From NCBI GenBank assembly GCA_963768655.1, contig CAVYIM010000005.1, positions 96,001-160,000 on the forward strand: 64,000 nucleotides of DNA, given 5' to 3'. Under the pieces are notes generated by a model. It searched no databases. It had not been told where the DNA came from and was given only the letters and a program-made list of their open reading frames with translations. The position numbers and the translations under genes were made by a program. The number at the start of each line of letters is the position of its first letter. The first letter of the stretch is position 1. Source of the stretch: an uncultured Chloroflexia bacterium. GTDB taxonomy: Bacteria; Chloroflexota; Limnocylindria; Limnocylindrales; CSP1-4. Shown one piece after another: positions 18,994 through 29,769 of this stretch.

Positions 18994-21393
18994 TCAGCTC
19001 AGGACGGCCTCGACCTTCACCGACGCCGTCCCGGGCGCCGGCAGCGGCACGACGTCGCCGGCGATCGGAGCGCCGTCGACCACCAGCGCAACCGCGTTCC
19101 CGGGCCCCTCGCGGCGCACCGAGATTTCGTATGCGGTGCCGCGGAACTCGCGGTGGGCCTTGAAGCCGGGCCAGCCCGCCGGCACGACCGGGGCCACGCG
19201 CAGGCCCTCGAAGGTCGGACGGATGCCCAGGATCCACTGCGTGGCGGCGACGAAGGTCCAGGCCGCGGCGCCGGTAAGCCACGCGTTGCGGGCCATCCCG
19301 AAAGACGGGTGGGCCGGCCCGCAGATGTTCTGCGGATAGACGTACGGCTCGACCTTGTAGACGTCGGAGTCGGTTCGGGCCAGCGGCAGGATCTGGCGGT
19401 AGTAGCGATACGCGTCATCGCCCCAGCCGAGCATTGCGGCAGCCACGATCGACCAGGGGTTGGAGTGGCAGAAGATGCCGCCGTTCTCCTTGGCCCCCGG
19501 AACGAACGTCGCGGTGCCGCACACGCGCGGGTCGGCGCCGTCGTACGGCGGTCGCAGCAGGGACAATCCGAACTTCGTGTTGAGCTGCTCATCGGCGGAG
19601 TGCATCGCTCGTTCGGCCCGCTCCTGCGGCGCGACCTCGCCAATCACCGCCCAGCTCTGCGGGATCAGGTCGATGGCGTGATGAGCAGCGCCCGACACGC
19701 CGATCGGCAGGCCCTCATCATCGAAAGAGCGGGCGTACCACGCGCCATCCCAGGCGCAATCGTTGATGACGGCGGCCATCTCGAGGCGCAGCTTCTCGAA
19801 CCGCCCGGCTTCCGCGCCGCGGCCGGAGTTCCGGCACAGGTCGACCAGGTCGACCATCGCCCGGCAGAACTGCATGCCGGTCCAGACGCTCTCCGCCTTG
19901 CCCGATCCGTGATCGATGTTGAGAGTGTCGTTCCAGTCCGAAAAGCCCGAGCGCGGCAGGCCGTGCGGACCACGGTTGGCGAGCGTGAATTCGACCGCCC
20001 GGAGCATGTGCTCCCAGACGGGATCTTCGCCGCCGTCGGCATAGGCCACGCGCTGGGCGAGGTAGTCGAAATCGCCCGTCTCCCGGACGTAGGCGCACAC
20101 GGCGATGATCAGCCACAGGTGATCGTCGGAGAACCATTGCGGCCAGTCGGGGAACTCGGCGGCCAGCCCCGGCCCACCCTCGCCCGTGAGCGGGTAGAAC
20201 TGATGCCACGTGTGGCCGTCGCGGAACTGCACCTTCCAGATCTCGGTCAGCATCCGGCGAGCGTGGTCGGGGACGGTGTGCATCGTGCCGAGCGTGTCCT
20301 GGGCGCTGTCCCGAGTGCCCATGCCGCGGCCCATGCCGGTCTCGTAGCCGGACACGAAGCGCGACCAGTACAGCGTGGTGCGGCACTGGACCTGGTTCCA
20401 GAAGTTGAGCATCGCGTTCGTGTCGGCGTCCGGAGTCTCGACCGTGAATCGCGACAGGTAAGCATCCCAGTCGTCGCGCAGCGCCGCGAACGCCGCGTCG
20501 ACCTCGGCGGGATCGGAGAATCGCGCCACGGTGCGAGCGATCTCGGCGGGTCGCTCGGTGATGCCCATGACATACACGAGCCGGTGTTCCTCGCCCGGCG
20601 CAAGCACCATGTCGTGGGTCAGCGACCCAATGCTGTTGCCACGCGGGGACGGGGCGTTGGATGGTTCGCCCGCCTCTACGACGATCGGATCGGAAAGGTC
20701 GCGGCTGCAGCCGACGAAGTCCTCACGGTCGCACGTGTAGCCGGCCGGCCTCTCGCTCGATCCGAAGAAACAGACGAGCGGGTTGAACTTCGTCCGGACG
20801 CGGATGACGCCGTCGTCGCATGAGCTGAAGACGATGTGCTGGGCCCAGTCCAGGTTGACCGTGTCCTGATGCGCGTCGAAGAAGCTGAACTCGGCATAGG
20901 AGAACGTGCGCAGGCGCCGCGTGGCGGTGCCGGTGTTGCGCACGCGGAGCACCCACAGTTCGCAGGGAACCGGCTCGTCGCCGGAGCTCGGGGGGACGAA
21001 GTACGTGATCTCAGCCGCGATCTCCTTGTACGTGCTTGAGATGCGCGTGTAGGCGGTCCCGTGGCGGCACTCGTAGCCGTCCAGGTCGTGCCGAACCGGC
21101 TGCCAGGTGGGGCTCCAGTACTCGCCGGTCTCCTGATCTCGCAGGTAGACGTAGCGGCCCGGCTGGTCGGCCGGGATCGCGTTGTAGCGGTAGCGAGTGA
21201 CGCGCCGGTTGCGGGGGTCGCGGTCGAACGAGTAGCCACCGCCGGTATTGGAGACGATGCCGCCGTAGCGACCCTCGCCGATGTAGTTGATCCAGGGCGT
21301 CGGCGTGTCGGGTCGCGTGATGACGTACTCGCGGGCTGCCGCGTCGAACTGGCCGTACGCGTTGGACCCGATCGCGGCCCCGTTCTGGATCAC
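18994..21393 (-). CDS. GH94 glycoside phosphorylase (specificity uncertain)
   Basis: EYVITRPDTPTPWINY, RGMGTRDSAQD, DWND, KENGGIFCH and WLTGAAAW motifs. Confidence 0.92.
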   Translation of the reverse strand: MIQNGAAIGSNAYGQFDAAAREYVITRPDTPTPWINYIGEGRYGGIVSNTGGGYSFDRDPRNRRVTRYRYNAIPADQPGRYVYLRDQETGEYWSPTWQPVRHDLDGYECRHGTAYTRISSTYKEIAAEITYFVPPSSGDEPVPCELWVLRVRNTGTATRRLRTFSYAEFSFFDAHQDTVNLDWAQHIVFSSCDDGVIRVRTKFNPLVCFFGSSERPAGYTCDREDFVGCSRDLSDPIVVEAGEPSNAPSPRGNSIGSLTHDMVLAPGEEHRLVYVMGITERPAEIARTVARFSDPAEVDAAFAALRDDWDAYLSRFTVETPDADTNAMLNFWNQVQCRTTLYWSRFVSGYETGMGRGMGTRDSAQDTLGTMHTVPDHARRMLTEIWKVQFRDGHTWHQFYPLTGEGGPGLAAEFPDWPQWFSDDHLWLIIAVCAYVRETGDFDYLAQRVAYADGGEDPVWEHMLRAVEFTLANRGPHGLPRSGFSDWNDTLNIDHGSGKAESVWTGMQFCRAMVDLVDLCRNSGRGAEAGRFEKLRLEMAAVINDCAWDGAWYARSFDDEGLPIGVSGAAHHAIDLIPQSWAVIGEVAPQERAERAMHSADEQLNTKFGLSLLRPPYDGADPRVCGTATFVPGAKENGGIFCHSNPWSIVAAAMLGWGDDAYRYYRQILPLARTDSDVYKVEPYVYPQNICGPAHPSFGMARNAWLTGAAAWTFVAATQWILGIRPTFEGLRVAPVVPAGWPGFKAHREFRGTAYEISVRREGPGNAVALVVDGAPIAGDVVPLPAPGTASVKVEAVLS

Positions 21394-23840
21394 TCGACAA
21401 ATGCCTCGACTTCGACGGCCCGGCCCGGCTCCGCCCGCAGCGGGACGAGATTCCCGGCGATCGCCTCCCCGTCAACGACGAGCCGCGACACGCGGCCGGT
21501 CAAACCCTTCGGCTTGCGCACGGCGATCCTGTACATCCTACCGCGGAACCGACGAGTGACCGCGAAGTCGCCCCAGTCGGCGGGCACGACCGGGTCGATG
21601 CGCAGGCCCCCGTGCTCGGCCCGGATGCCGAGGATCCACTGGCTGATGGCCACGAAGTTCCACGCTGCGGTGCCGCTCAGCCAGGAGTTCTTGGCCTCTC
21701 CCGGAGTCGGGGCATCCTTGCCTGCGATCATCTGGGCGTAGACGTACGGCTCACAGCGGTGAATCTCGGAGATCGGCTCTCGGGCCGATGGGTTGATCCG
21801 CATGTAATAGTCGAGTGCACCCTCGCCGTTGCCCGCCATCGCCTCGGCGATCATCAGCCACGGGTTGGTGTGGCAGAAGATGCCGGCGTTCTCTTTGTAG
21901 CCCTGCGGGTAGGAGGAGATCTCGCCGAGGTTGAGGTAGTAGTGCGTGTAGGCGGGGTTGTTCAGGACGATGCCGTGCGGTGTGGCCAGGCGTTCCCGAA
22001 CCGAGGCCAGGGCTCTCGCCGCCTTGCCGTCGTCGAGGCCGATGCCGGCCAGAATGCAGATGCCCTGCGGCTCGATGAAGATCTGGCCTTCTTCGTTCTG
22101 TGACGAACCCACCACGTCGCCGAAGTAGTCGTAGGCGCGGCGGAACCAGTTTCCGTCCCAGCCGGCCGTCTTTACGACGCCGGTCATGGTCGCGGACGCG
22201 GTCTGGCAGCGCTTCGCCTCGACAACGTCGCCGCGAAGGTCCGCGATGGCGGCCATTTCGTCCGCCGCGAGCACGAAGAGGCCGCCGATGAAGACCGATT
22301 CGGCCACGCCGCCGGCCTTGTTCTCAGTCGTCTGGAACGACTCGCCCGGCGTCTCCGAGAAGCAGTTGAGATTCAGGCAGTCGTTCCAGTCGGCTCGACC
22401 GATGAGCGGCAGCCCGTGGGGGCCGAGCCGCTCTAGGGTGTAGCCGATGCAGCGCTGCAGGTGCTCGTACAGCGGCCTCTCCGACCCGGGCTCGTTGTCG
22501 AACGCAACCGGAGCGTCGAGAAGGGCCGTATCGCCCGTCTCCTTCAGATACGCCGCCACGGCCAGCACGAGCCAGGCCGGATCGTCGTTGAAGCCACCGC
22601 CGACGTCGTTGTTGCCGCGCTTCGTCAAGGGTTGGTACTGGTGATAGGCGCCGCCGGTCGGCAGCTGGGTGGCGGCGATGTCGAGGATGCGCTCGCGGGC
22701 CCGAGCCGGGACCATGTGAACGAAGCCGAGCAGGTCCTGATTCGAGTCGCGGAAGCCCATGCCACGGCCGATGCCCGACTCGAAGAGCGAGGCCGACCTC
22801 GACAGGTTGAACGTCACCATGCACTGGTAGGCGTTCCAGATGTTGACCATCCGATCGACGTGCTCGTTGCCGGTTTCGACGTGGAAGGTGCTCAGCAGCT
22901 CCGTCCAGTAGTCGCGCAGGGTCTGGAGGGCCGCGGCCACCGCCGCCGGTTTGAGGTACTTCTCGATGATCGGCTTCACCGTTCGCTTGTCGATCGTCTG
23001 AGAGCCGGGCGGGTCGAACTTGCGGTCTTTCGGGTTCTCGCCGTAGCCGAGCACGAAGACGACTTCCTTCGTCTCGTTCGCGCCAAGCTCGAGCCGGACG
23101 TGGTGAGAGCCGATCGGCTGCCAGCCGTGGGCCTCCGAATCGGTCGCCTGGCCGCGCTCGACGACGATCGGCCGGTCCCAGCCGCGGTAGGGCCCGAGGA
23201 ACGCGTCGCGCTGCGTGTCGAAGCCGGCCAGCGGCTCCGAGCAGGCGAAGTAGGCGAAGTGGTCGCGGCGCTCGCGGTACTCCGACTTGTGGTAGATGAC
23301 CCCGGCCTCGATCTCGACCTGGCCTACCGAATAGTTGCGCTGGAAGTTGGTGTTGTCTTCCAGTGCCTCCCAAAGACAGAACTCGATCGAGCTGAAGAGC
23401 GAGACCTTCGCCGGAGCGGAGCGCTCGTTGGTCACGCGCACGCGCCAGACCTCGAGGTTCTCGCCGAGGGGCACGAAGTAGCACGTCTCGGCCCGGACGC
23501 CGTGCAAGCGCGACCCGATGATCGAGTATCCCAGGCCGTGGCGGCAGCTGTAGTCCTCGACATCGCGCTGCGTCGGCTGCCAGCTCGGGCTCCAGAAGTC
23601 GCCCGAGTCGTCGTCCCGAAGATAGATGTAACGCCCGCCCAGGTCGAGCGGCGCGTTGTTGTAGCGGTAGCGGGTCAGACGCCGAAGACGCGCATCGCGG
23701 TAGAAGGAATAGCCGCCGGCCGTGTTCGAGATGATCCCGAAGTAGCTTTCGCTGCCCAGGTAGTTGATCCAGGGCAGCGGCGTGTCCGGTCGCGTAACGA
23801 CGTATTCGCGCTGGTCATTGTCGAAGTGGCCGTAGCGCAC
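21390..23840 (-). CDS. Cellobiose phosphorylase (GH94)
   Basis: MRYGHFD, GRGMGFRDSNQD, RADWNDCLNLNCFS..PGESFQT and KENAGIFCH, typical of cellobiose phosphorylases. Confidence 0.92.
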   Translation of the reverse strand: MRYGHFDNDQREYVVTRPDTPLPWINYLGSESYFGIISNTAGGYSFYRDARLRRLTRYRYNNAPLDLGGRYIYLRDDDSGDFWSPSWQPTQRDVEDYSCRHGLGYSIIGSRLHGVRAETCYFVPLGENLEVWRVRVTNERSAPAKVSLFSSIEFCLWEALEDNTNFQRNYSVGQVEIEAGVIYHKSEYRERRDHFAYFACSEPLAGFDTQRDAFLGPYRGWDRPIVVERGQATDSEAHGWQPIGSHHVRLELGANETKEVVFVLGYGENPKDRKFDPPGSQTIDKRTVKPIIEKYLKPAAVAAALQTLRDYWTELLSTFHVETGNEHVDRMVNIWNAYQCMVTFNLSRSASLFESGIGRGMGFRDSNQDLLGFVHMVPARARERILDIAATQLPTGGAYHQYQPLTKRGNNDVGGGFNDDPAWLVLAVAAYLKETGDTALLDAPVAFDNEPGSERPLYEHLQRCIGYTLERLGPHGLPLIGRADWNDCLNLNCFSETPGESFQTTENKAGGVAESVFIGGLFVLAADEMAAIADLRGDVVEAKRCQTASATMTGVVKTAGWDGNWFRRAYDYFGDVVGSSQNEEGQIFIEPQGICILAGIGLDDGKAARALASVRERLATPHGIVLNNPAYTHYYLNLGEISSYPQGYKENAGIFCHTNPWLMIAEAMAGNGEGALDYYMRINPSAREPISEIHRCEPYVYAQMIAGKDAPTPGEAKNSWLSGTAAWNFVAISQWILGIRAEHGGLRIDPVVPADWGDFAVTRRFRGRMYRIAVRKPKGLTGRVSRLVVDGEAIAGNLVPLRAEPGRAVEVEAFVE

Positions 23841-23973
23841 CTAATCTCCTCCTGGATCAGCCCAGGCCGCCGCCGAACGCGCCACGACCGGCCATCGGCC
23901 CGCGGTTCGGGGAACCGCGGGCATTCGATGTCCTGCCTCGGGGGCGCCTTGCCGGTCGGGTGTTCGGCCCGAC

Positions 23974-24933
23974 TCAGGCTACGCGGCAGATTCCCTGGCC
24001 GAGATCGAAGCAGCCAACGAAGTGATCGTCTTCGACCTTGACCAGCGTAGGCGCATCCGCGGCGGGGGCGCCGGCCGTCGGTGGGTAGGCCTGGTGGAAC
24101 AGGCACGTCCCCGACGCGTTGCCACCGTGAGCCTGGATCTCTGCCTCGACATCGGCCCACTTCTTGTGGAGCTGCGGGACGGACGCGATCAACACCTTCG
24201 TGTACGGATGCGTCGGATTGCCGAAGACCTTCTCCGTGGCGCCCATTTCGACGATGGCGCCTCTCCGCAAGATGACCGTCTTCTCGCTGATGTAGTTGCC
24301 GAGTGAGAGGTCGTGGGTGATGAACAGGATCCCCATGCCCCGGCCCTTGAGCTCAGCCAGCAGGTTCAGGACGTCGATGCGGGTCGAGGCGTCGAGCATG
24401 CTGATGATCTCGTCGGCCACGAGGATCTTGAGGTCCAGCAGCAGTGCTCGGGCCACGAGCAACCGCTGAAGCTGGCCGCCGCTAAGCTGGTGAGGGTACT
24501 TGTTCAGGACCTGGTCCGGCTCGAGCGTGACGGCCCGGAGCGAGGCTTCGACCTTGTCGCTCCACTCGGAGCGGGCCATGTCCGCGAAGTATTCGCCGCG
24601 GATCATGCTGAACACGCGATCCGCCTTGAAGATCGGGTTGTACGAGCTGAACGGATCCTGGAAGACGCCCTGAACCTGGCGGTAGTAGGCCTTGACCGCC
24701 CCGCCGTGGATGCCCGCTACGTCTGTCCCGTCGCAGATGATCGATCCGCGGCTGATCTCGAGCAGCTTGAGGATCATCTTCCCGATGGTCGTTTTGCCGC
24801 TGCCGCTCTCGCCGATCAGCGAGACGACCTCGCCTTCGTTCACGTCGAAGCTGACGTCACGAACCGCCCACAGCTCCTTCCCGCCGAAGGTTCCGACCTT
24901 GTAGGACTTGGAAACTCTGTTGAGGCTAAGCAT
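23974..24933 (-). CDS. Oligopeptide-type ABC transporter ATP-binding protein (OppF-like)
   Basis: GESGSGKT, YPHQLSGGQLQR, HPYT motifs; start at ATG 24933. Confidence 0.92.
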   Translation of the reverse strand: MLSLNRVSKSYKVGTFGGKELWAVRDVSFDVNEGEVVSLIGESGSGKTTIGKMILKLLEISRGSIICDGTDVAGIHGGAVKAYYRQVQGVFQDPFSSYNPIFKADRVFSMIRGEYFADMARSEWSDKVEASLRAVTLEPDQVLNKYPHQLSGGQLQRLLVARALLLDLKILVADEIISMLDASTRIDVLNLLAELKGRGMGILFITHDLSLGNYISEKTVILRRGAIVEMGATEKVFGNPTHPYTKVLIASVPQLHKKWADVEAEIQAHGGNASGTCLFHQAYPPTAGAPAADAPTLVKVEDDHFVGCFDLGQGICRVA

Positions 24934-25888
24934 CTGATCCGGTGGCCTTCCAGCACGCGACCGAGTGGTCGCCGGCGATCTCGATGAAGGGCGGCTCCTC
25001 CGCGCACTTGTCGAAGGCAAGCGGGCAGCGGGCCCGGAAGCGGCAGCCCGTCGGAGGCTTAAGCAGCGCGGGAGGGCTCCCCGGAATGCCGGTGAGCTTC
25101 TTGTTCTGGTACCGAACCCCGACTTCCGGAAGCGACGAGATCAGCATCCTCGTATACGGATGCCGCGGTTGCTCGATGATGGTCTTGGTCGGCGCCTTCT
25201 CGGCCAGCTTCCCCGCATACATGATCAGGATCGTGTCGGCGGTCTGGTAGAGAATTGAGACATCGTGAGTGATGACGATCATGCTCTTCACGAAACCATG
25301 GTCTCGGAAGCTCACCAGAGTTTCCGCCACGGCCCGCTGAGTCGACACGTCGAGAGCTGATGTGATCTCGTCGGCGATCAGCAGCGACGGATCGAGCAGC
25401 GTCGAGATGACCATGACCATGCGCTGCTTCATACCGCCGGACAGTTCGATCGGGTAGCGAGCCAGCACGTCCGGCTGCAGCCCGACGAGATCGATGCGAC
25501 GCATCAATTCTGACCTGATCTCTTTGTAACTCTCGCCTCGCGACTCCAGCAACTCGCGGATCATCGTCCCGATCTTGCGCGTCGGGTTCATGGCGCTCAT
25601 TGCGTACTGCGGAATCACCGACACGTCCCGGAACCGGAACTCGTTCATGCCGTCGTTGTCCCAGACGGGCAGGCTGTTGCCGTCGAGGTTCACACTCCCA
25701 GCGACATATCTCATCCTGCCATCCAGGCGAATCAGGCTGTTGCCGAGCGTGGACTTCCCGCAGCCCGACTCGCCGGCCAGACCCATGATCTCTTTGTCGG
25801 CAATCGCGAACGTCGCGCCGTCGAGCGCCTGAACGTCCCCGGCCAGCGTTCGGTAGTAGACCCTGAGGTCCGTAACCTGAAGAGTCAT
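24926..25888 (-). CDS. Oligopeptide-type ABC transporter ATP-binding protein (OppD-like)
   Basis: GESGCGKST, LSGGMKQR, GCRFRARC motifs. Confidence 0.92.
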   Translation of the reverse strand: MTLQVTDLRVYYRTLAGDVQALDGATFAIADKEIMGLAGESGCGKSTLGNSLIRLDGRMRYVAGSVNLDGNSLPVWDNDGMNEFRFRDVSVIPQYAMSAMNPTRKIGTMIRELLESRGESYKEIRSELMRRIDLVGLQPDVLARYPIELSGGMKQRMVMVISTLLDPSLLIADEITSALDVSTQRAVAETLVSFRDHGFVKSMIVITHDVSILYQTADTILIMYAGKLAEKAPTKTIIEQPRHPYTRMLISSLPEVGVRYQNKKLTGIPGSPPALLKPPTGCRFRARCPLAFDKCAEEPPFIEIAGDHSVACWKATGSDA

Positions 25889-25891
25889 GGC

Positions 25892-26827
25892 TCAGATATC
25901 CCTGAGTTTCGGGTTGAAGATCTCATCGAGACCCACATTCATCACGTAGAGAGCGCCCACCAGGGCAATGATGCCCACGCCGGGCGGAATGAACCACCAC
26001 CAGATCCCGAGCTGCAGAGCGGCCCCATACGTCACGGAGTTGTACATCATGAGACCAAGTGACATCCCGCCCGTCGGCCCCAGGCCGATGAAATCGAGGC
26101 TCGCTGCAAGCAGGATGGCGCCACCGAACAGGAGGATGTACGTCAGGAACAAGTAGGAGCTCATGTTCGGCGCTATCTCGAAGACGATCACTTTCCATCC
26201 GCTGCGACCACTGAGTTTCGCCAGATCGATGAACTCCCGAGACCGCAGCGAGAACGTTTGAGCACGAATAGCGCGGGCGGCCCACGGCCAGGAGAAGAGG
26301 CCAACGAAGACAGCCTCGAACAGCACGCCGCGCGCCGAGAGATAGGACGTGATGACGAGCAGCACGGCCAGGGTCGGAATCACCAGGAAGATGTTCGTGA
26401 TCATATTCAGGAGCTCGTCAATCCAGCCGCCCAGATACCCGGCCACGAAACCGACGGCCATTCCGATCAAGGCCGCCAGCCCGCCGCCCAGGAAACCGAC
26501 AAAGAACGAGGCGCGAAGACCATTGGCGAACTGAGCGAAGACGTCGTCACCGAAGTACGTCGTGCCGAACCAGTTGCCCGGGTCCAGGGTGGGATGGCGC
26601 ATCTGCTGGCCGGCCTGAGCCACCGGGTCAGTGGGATCGATGATCGGCCCAAAGATGGCGAGGAAGGCGAGCACAAGAAGAATCGCCATCGAGACGAGAA
26701 ACTTCTTGGAGCGAAGTGCGAAGAAGAGGAATTCGCCGCGAGCGCGCTTGGCCGGAGGAGTTTCGTCCTTCCCGGTGCCATCCACGGCCGTGCCCGGTTT
26801 CGCCGTTGTACCAGCCGCTGCTGTCAC
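25892..26827 (-). CDS. ABC transporter permease (OppC-like)
   Basis: WFGT...G.DVF motif, EAA-like loop, multiple TM helices. Confidence 0.9.
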   Translation of the reverse strand: MTAAAGTTAKPGTAVDGTGKDETPPAKRARGEFLFFALRSKKFLVSMAILLVLAFLAIFGPIIDPTDPVAQAGQQMRHPTLDPGNWFGTTYFGDDVFAQFANGLRASFFVGFLGGGLAALIGMAVGFVAGYLGGWIDELLNMITNIFLVIPTLAVLLVITSYLSARGVLFEAVFVGLFSWPWAARAIRAQTFSLRSREFIDLAKLSGRSGWKVIVFEIAPNMSSYLFLTYILLFGGAILLAASLDFIGLGPTGGMSLGLMMYNSVTYGAALQLGIWWWFIPPGVGIIALVGALYVMNVGLDEIFNPKLRDI

Positions 26828-27819
26828 GCCGTGCCTCCTCGCATAGACACGCGAGTCCGTGGATCGACGATCACGTAGACGATGTCGACGATGAAGTTGG
26901 CCAGCAGGACTCCAACGATGATGAACAGGAAGATGCCCTGCAGGAGGAAGTAGTCCTCGTTCTCGATGGCCTGGAAGACGAGGTGTCCGAGGCCAGGATA
27001 GGAGAATACGATCTCAGTCACGAGCGCCCCGGCTACGATCACACCCAGCTGCAGAGCCAGGCCAGTGATCTGCGGCAGCATCGCGTTGCGGAAAGCGTAC
27101 TTGCGGATCAGGCCCTGGGGGGCGCCGAGCGCCGCCAGGTAGCGACTGTAGTCCGACTCCAGCTCGTAGATGATCATGTTCCTCATGCCGATCGCCCAAC
27201 CGCCGAACATGACGAGGAAGAGCGACAGGAACGGCAGCACCCAATGCGCGACGAGGTCCGTGAAGAACAGCCATGTCAGCGTCGGTTCGAGGTTGAAGCC
27301 GTAGCCGCCGGAAAGCGGGAAGATCCGCAGAGTGAACGACAGGACGAAAGACAGGACGATTGCCAGCCACATGTACGGCGTGGCGGTCAGGACATAGCCC
27401 ACTGGCAGGATCGTGTTGTCCAGCCACCTGCGGCGAGCCGCGAGGGCCCCGAAGCTGTTGCCGGCCCACCAGCTCAACAGGATCGCTGGAATCAACAGGG
27501 CCAGTGTGTAGGGCACCGCGCCCATGATCATCGAACTAACCGGCGTCCCGTTGCCATATATGCTCAACCCGAGGTCGCCGTGCGCAAGAGACGTCCAGAA
27601 GTTCACGTACTGCACAATCAGTGGCTTGTCAAGCCCGAAGAGTGCGGTGTAGTACTGCTGCATCGCCTGGGCCTGATTGACAGAGAGGATGTTCGTCTTG
27701 CTGATCAATATGGCGATGGGATCGCCGGGCATGAACCGTGGGATCATCCAGTCGATCGTCGCCGCTACGAAGAACGTGACCAAGTAAGTGAGTAGCTTTC
27801 GCCCAAAGTAACGTCGCAC
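26824..27819 (-). CDS. ABC transporter permease (OppB-like)
   Basis: MPGDP, GLDKPL..QY, GDLGLS and EIVFSYPGLG motifs. Confidence 0.9.
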   Translation of the reverse strand: MRRYFGRKLLTYLVTFFVAATIDWMIPRFMPGDPIAILISKTNILSVNQAQAMQQYYTALFGLDKPLIVQYVNFWTSLAHGDLGLSIYGNGTPVSSMIMGAVPYTLALLIPAILLSWWAGNSFGALAARRRWLDNTILPVGYVLTATPYMWLAIVLSFVLSFTLRIFPLSGGYGFNLEPTLTWLFFTDLVAHWVLPFLSLFLVMFGGWAIGMRNMIIYELESDYSRYLAALGAPQGLIRKYAFRNAMLPQITGLALQLGVIVAGALVTEIVFSYPGLGHLVFQAIENEDYFLLQGIFLFIIVGVLLANFIVDIVYVIVDPRTRVSMRGGTA

Positions 27820-27851
27820 GCGATCTCCTGGTCGCCGTCGAGTGCTGAACT

Positions 27852-27900
27852 CAATGAACGGCCCCTCCCCCCGCCTCGCGGCAGGGGGAGGGGCTCATTG
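27852..27900. terminator. Intercistronic stem-loop after the solute-binding gene
   Basis: CAATGA..GCCCCTCCCCC / GGGGGAGGGGC-TCATTG inverted repeat with no U-run; probably an mRNA stabiliser or partial terminator. Confidence 0.55.
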
Positions 27901-27909
27901 CGTTTACGA

Positions 27910-29769
27910 TCAGCTGGCTGGCGTAACTGCCTTGATCTGGGTGAGCATGAAGATGGCACCCATCTGCCAGTAACCGTTCCACGTAGCCGGCTGCGCGTCC
28001 ACGGCGGACGTGCTCGACGGCCAGTTGGTCCACGTCGAATTGTTGACCTGCGACCACTCGCCGTTGTACCAGAGCGGGATGATCGGCTCGTTGGTCAGCT
28101 GGATCGTCTGGAGCTGCGAGCAGATCGACTGCATGTCGGCCAGGTCGCTGGCCGGCGTCTGGTCGAGCTTCTGGACGAGAGTCCAGGCCGCCGCGTTGTC
28201 GTACTGCTCGTAGTTGCGGTTGCGTGCGGGGCCGGCCGCGATTTCCGGCTGGCGGAAGATGTAGTCGTAGTACACCCACGGTGTGCTGCCGATCTGGACG
28301 TCGTTGTTGATGACGAGGTCGAAGGTCGGGGCCGAAGTGGAAGTACCCTTTTCGTCGTTGACGACTGTAGCGTCAGCCGGGTGCTCGGCATCGATGTTGA
28401 TGCCGGCGGCCTTGGCGTCAGCCTGGATCAGGTCTTCGGCTTCCATCCAGTCAGACCAGCCATCGGGCACTTCGAGGGTCAGCTTGATGGGCGAGCCGTC
28501 CTTGTTCGTGACGAACCCGTCGCTGCCGAGCTTGTAGCCGGCTGCGGCGAGATCGGCCTTGGCCTTCGCGTTGTTGTACACGGGGCCCAGGGACTTGACA
28601 ACAGACGTGTCGACGTACTTGCTCCACTCGGGCAGGAGGCCCGTCGGGTCAGATGCAGCAACGATGTTGCCGTAGTCCTTGACGACGACGTTCTGCGGGT
28701 TGATCGCCTCGGCGAGAGCGCGGCGGAAGGCCGGGTCGTCGAGAGGCTTCATCTTCGTGTTCGGGACGAGCCAGGCGGTGTTGCCGGAGAGCATGTAGGG
28801 CGCGCCCGCATAGAACGTGGTGATGTTGTACCCGCCGTTGACGATCTGGGCGATGCCGGGCAGGTAGTTGTTGTCCAGGTCCAGCTGGCCGGAGAGAAGC
28901 TGGCCGAGGGCGACGTTGTTGGAGCTGTTGACGATGTCAACGATGTACTGGGGGGCGACGGTGAGGTTCTTCGCGCTGGTAGCCCACCAGTTCGGGTTCT
29001 TCTGCCAGACCATGCGGTCCTGGGCGGCCGTCTTGTACGTGTACGGGCCGGTGCCAACACCGTTCTGGTTCAGGAACTTGAAGATGTTGGGGTCGGAGGC
29101 GTACTGCTGCCAGATTGCTGCAGGAACCATCGGCATGTTGTAGAGGGCCTGCATGAACTCCTGGTACGCCGGAGTCCCCTTGAAGGTGACGACGACGTTG
29201 TTGCCGGTCGAGTCGACCGTAACTTTGTCGACGAAATTGAACAGGTCAGAGCCAAGCGCCGGGTTGGTGCCATAGATGTTGATGGAGAAGGCGACGTCTG
29301 CGGCGGTGAAGGCCGTGCCGTCGGACCACTTCACGCCCTGGCGAACGGCGATCGTGTAGGTCGTCTTGGCGCTATCCCAGCCGGCCTCGGCATCATTCGT
29401 GGCCAGCCACGGGGTGTAGACGTCCTTGAGCGGGTCGTACAGGAAGAGGGTCTCGTACTGGAGGCCCACGACGCCCATCGCGGAGTTGCCGTCGAACGGG
29501 TTCCACGTGGACGGAGCGCCCCACTGCTTACCACTCGTGTACAGGGTCTGTGCGCGCGGGTAGACCGTCGTGTCGGTCGGCGGGAGCGTCGCGGCGCCAT
29601 TAGGGGTCGCCGCCGCGGTCGGCGTGACGACTGGGGCCGCCTGGGTGGGGGTCGGCTGGCTGGGCGGGGTGGTCGGTGCCGGACTCGGTGTGGCAGACGA
29701 CCCGCAGGCCGCGACTGCAAGGCTCAGAACCGCGAGCAAACTCAGGACTCTGGTCGTTCCTCGTTGCAT
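27910..29769 (-). CDS. Family 5 ABC solute-binding lipoprotein (oligosaccharide-binding)
   Basis: Lipobox VAA-C, P/T linker, KWSDG..FTA.DV, GTGPY and VPDGWSDW motifs; located beside phosphorylases. Confidence 0.9.
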   Translation of the reverse strand: MQRGTTRVLSLLAVLSLAVAACGSSATPSPAPTTPPSQPTPTQAAPVVTPTAAATPNGAATLPPTDTTVYPRAQTLYTSGKQWGAPSTWNPFDGNSAMGVVGLQYETLFLYDPLKDVYTPWLATNDAEAGWDSAKTTYTIAVRQGVKWSDGTAFTAADVAFSINIYGTNPALGSDLFNFVDKVTVDSTGNNVVVTFKGTPAYQEFMQALYNMPMVPAAIWQQYASDPNIFKFLNQNGVGTGPYTYKTAAQDRMVWQKNPNWWATSAKNLTVAPQYIVDIVNSSNNVALGQLLSGQLDLDNNYLPGIAQIVNGGYNITTFYAGAPYMLSGNTAWLVPNTKMKPLDDPAFRRALAEAINPQNVVVKDYGNIVAASDPTGLLPEWSKYVDTSVVKSLGPVYNNAKAKADLAAAGYKLGSDGFVTNKDGSPIKLTLEVPDGWSDWMEAEDLIQADAKAAGINIDAEHPADATVVNDEKGTSTSAPTFDLVINNDVQIGSTPWVYYDYIFRQPEIAAGPARNRNYEQYDNAAAWTLVQKLDQTPASDLADMQSICSQLQTIQLTNEPIIPLWYNGEWSQVNNSTWTNWPSSTSAVDAQPATWNGYWQMGAIFMLTQIKAVTPAS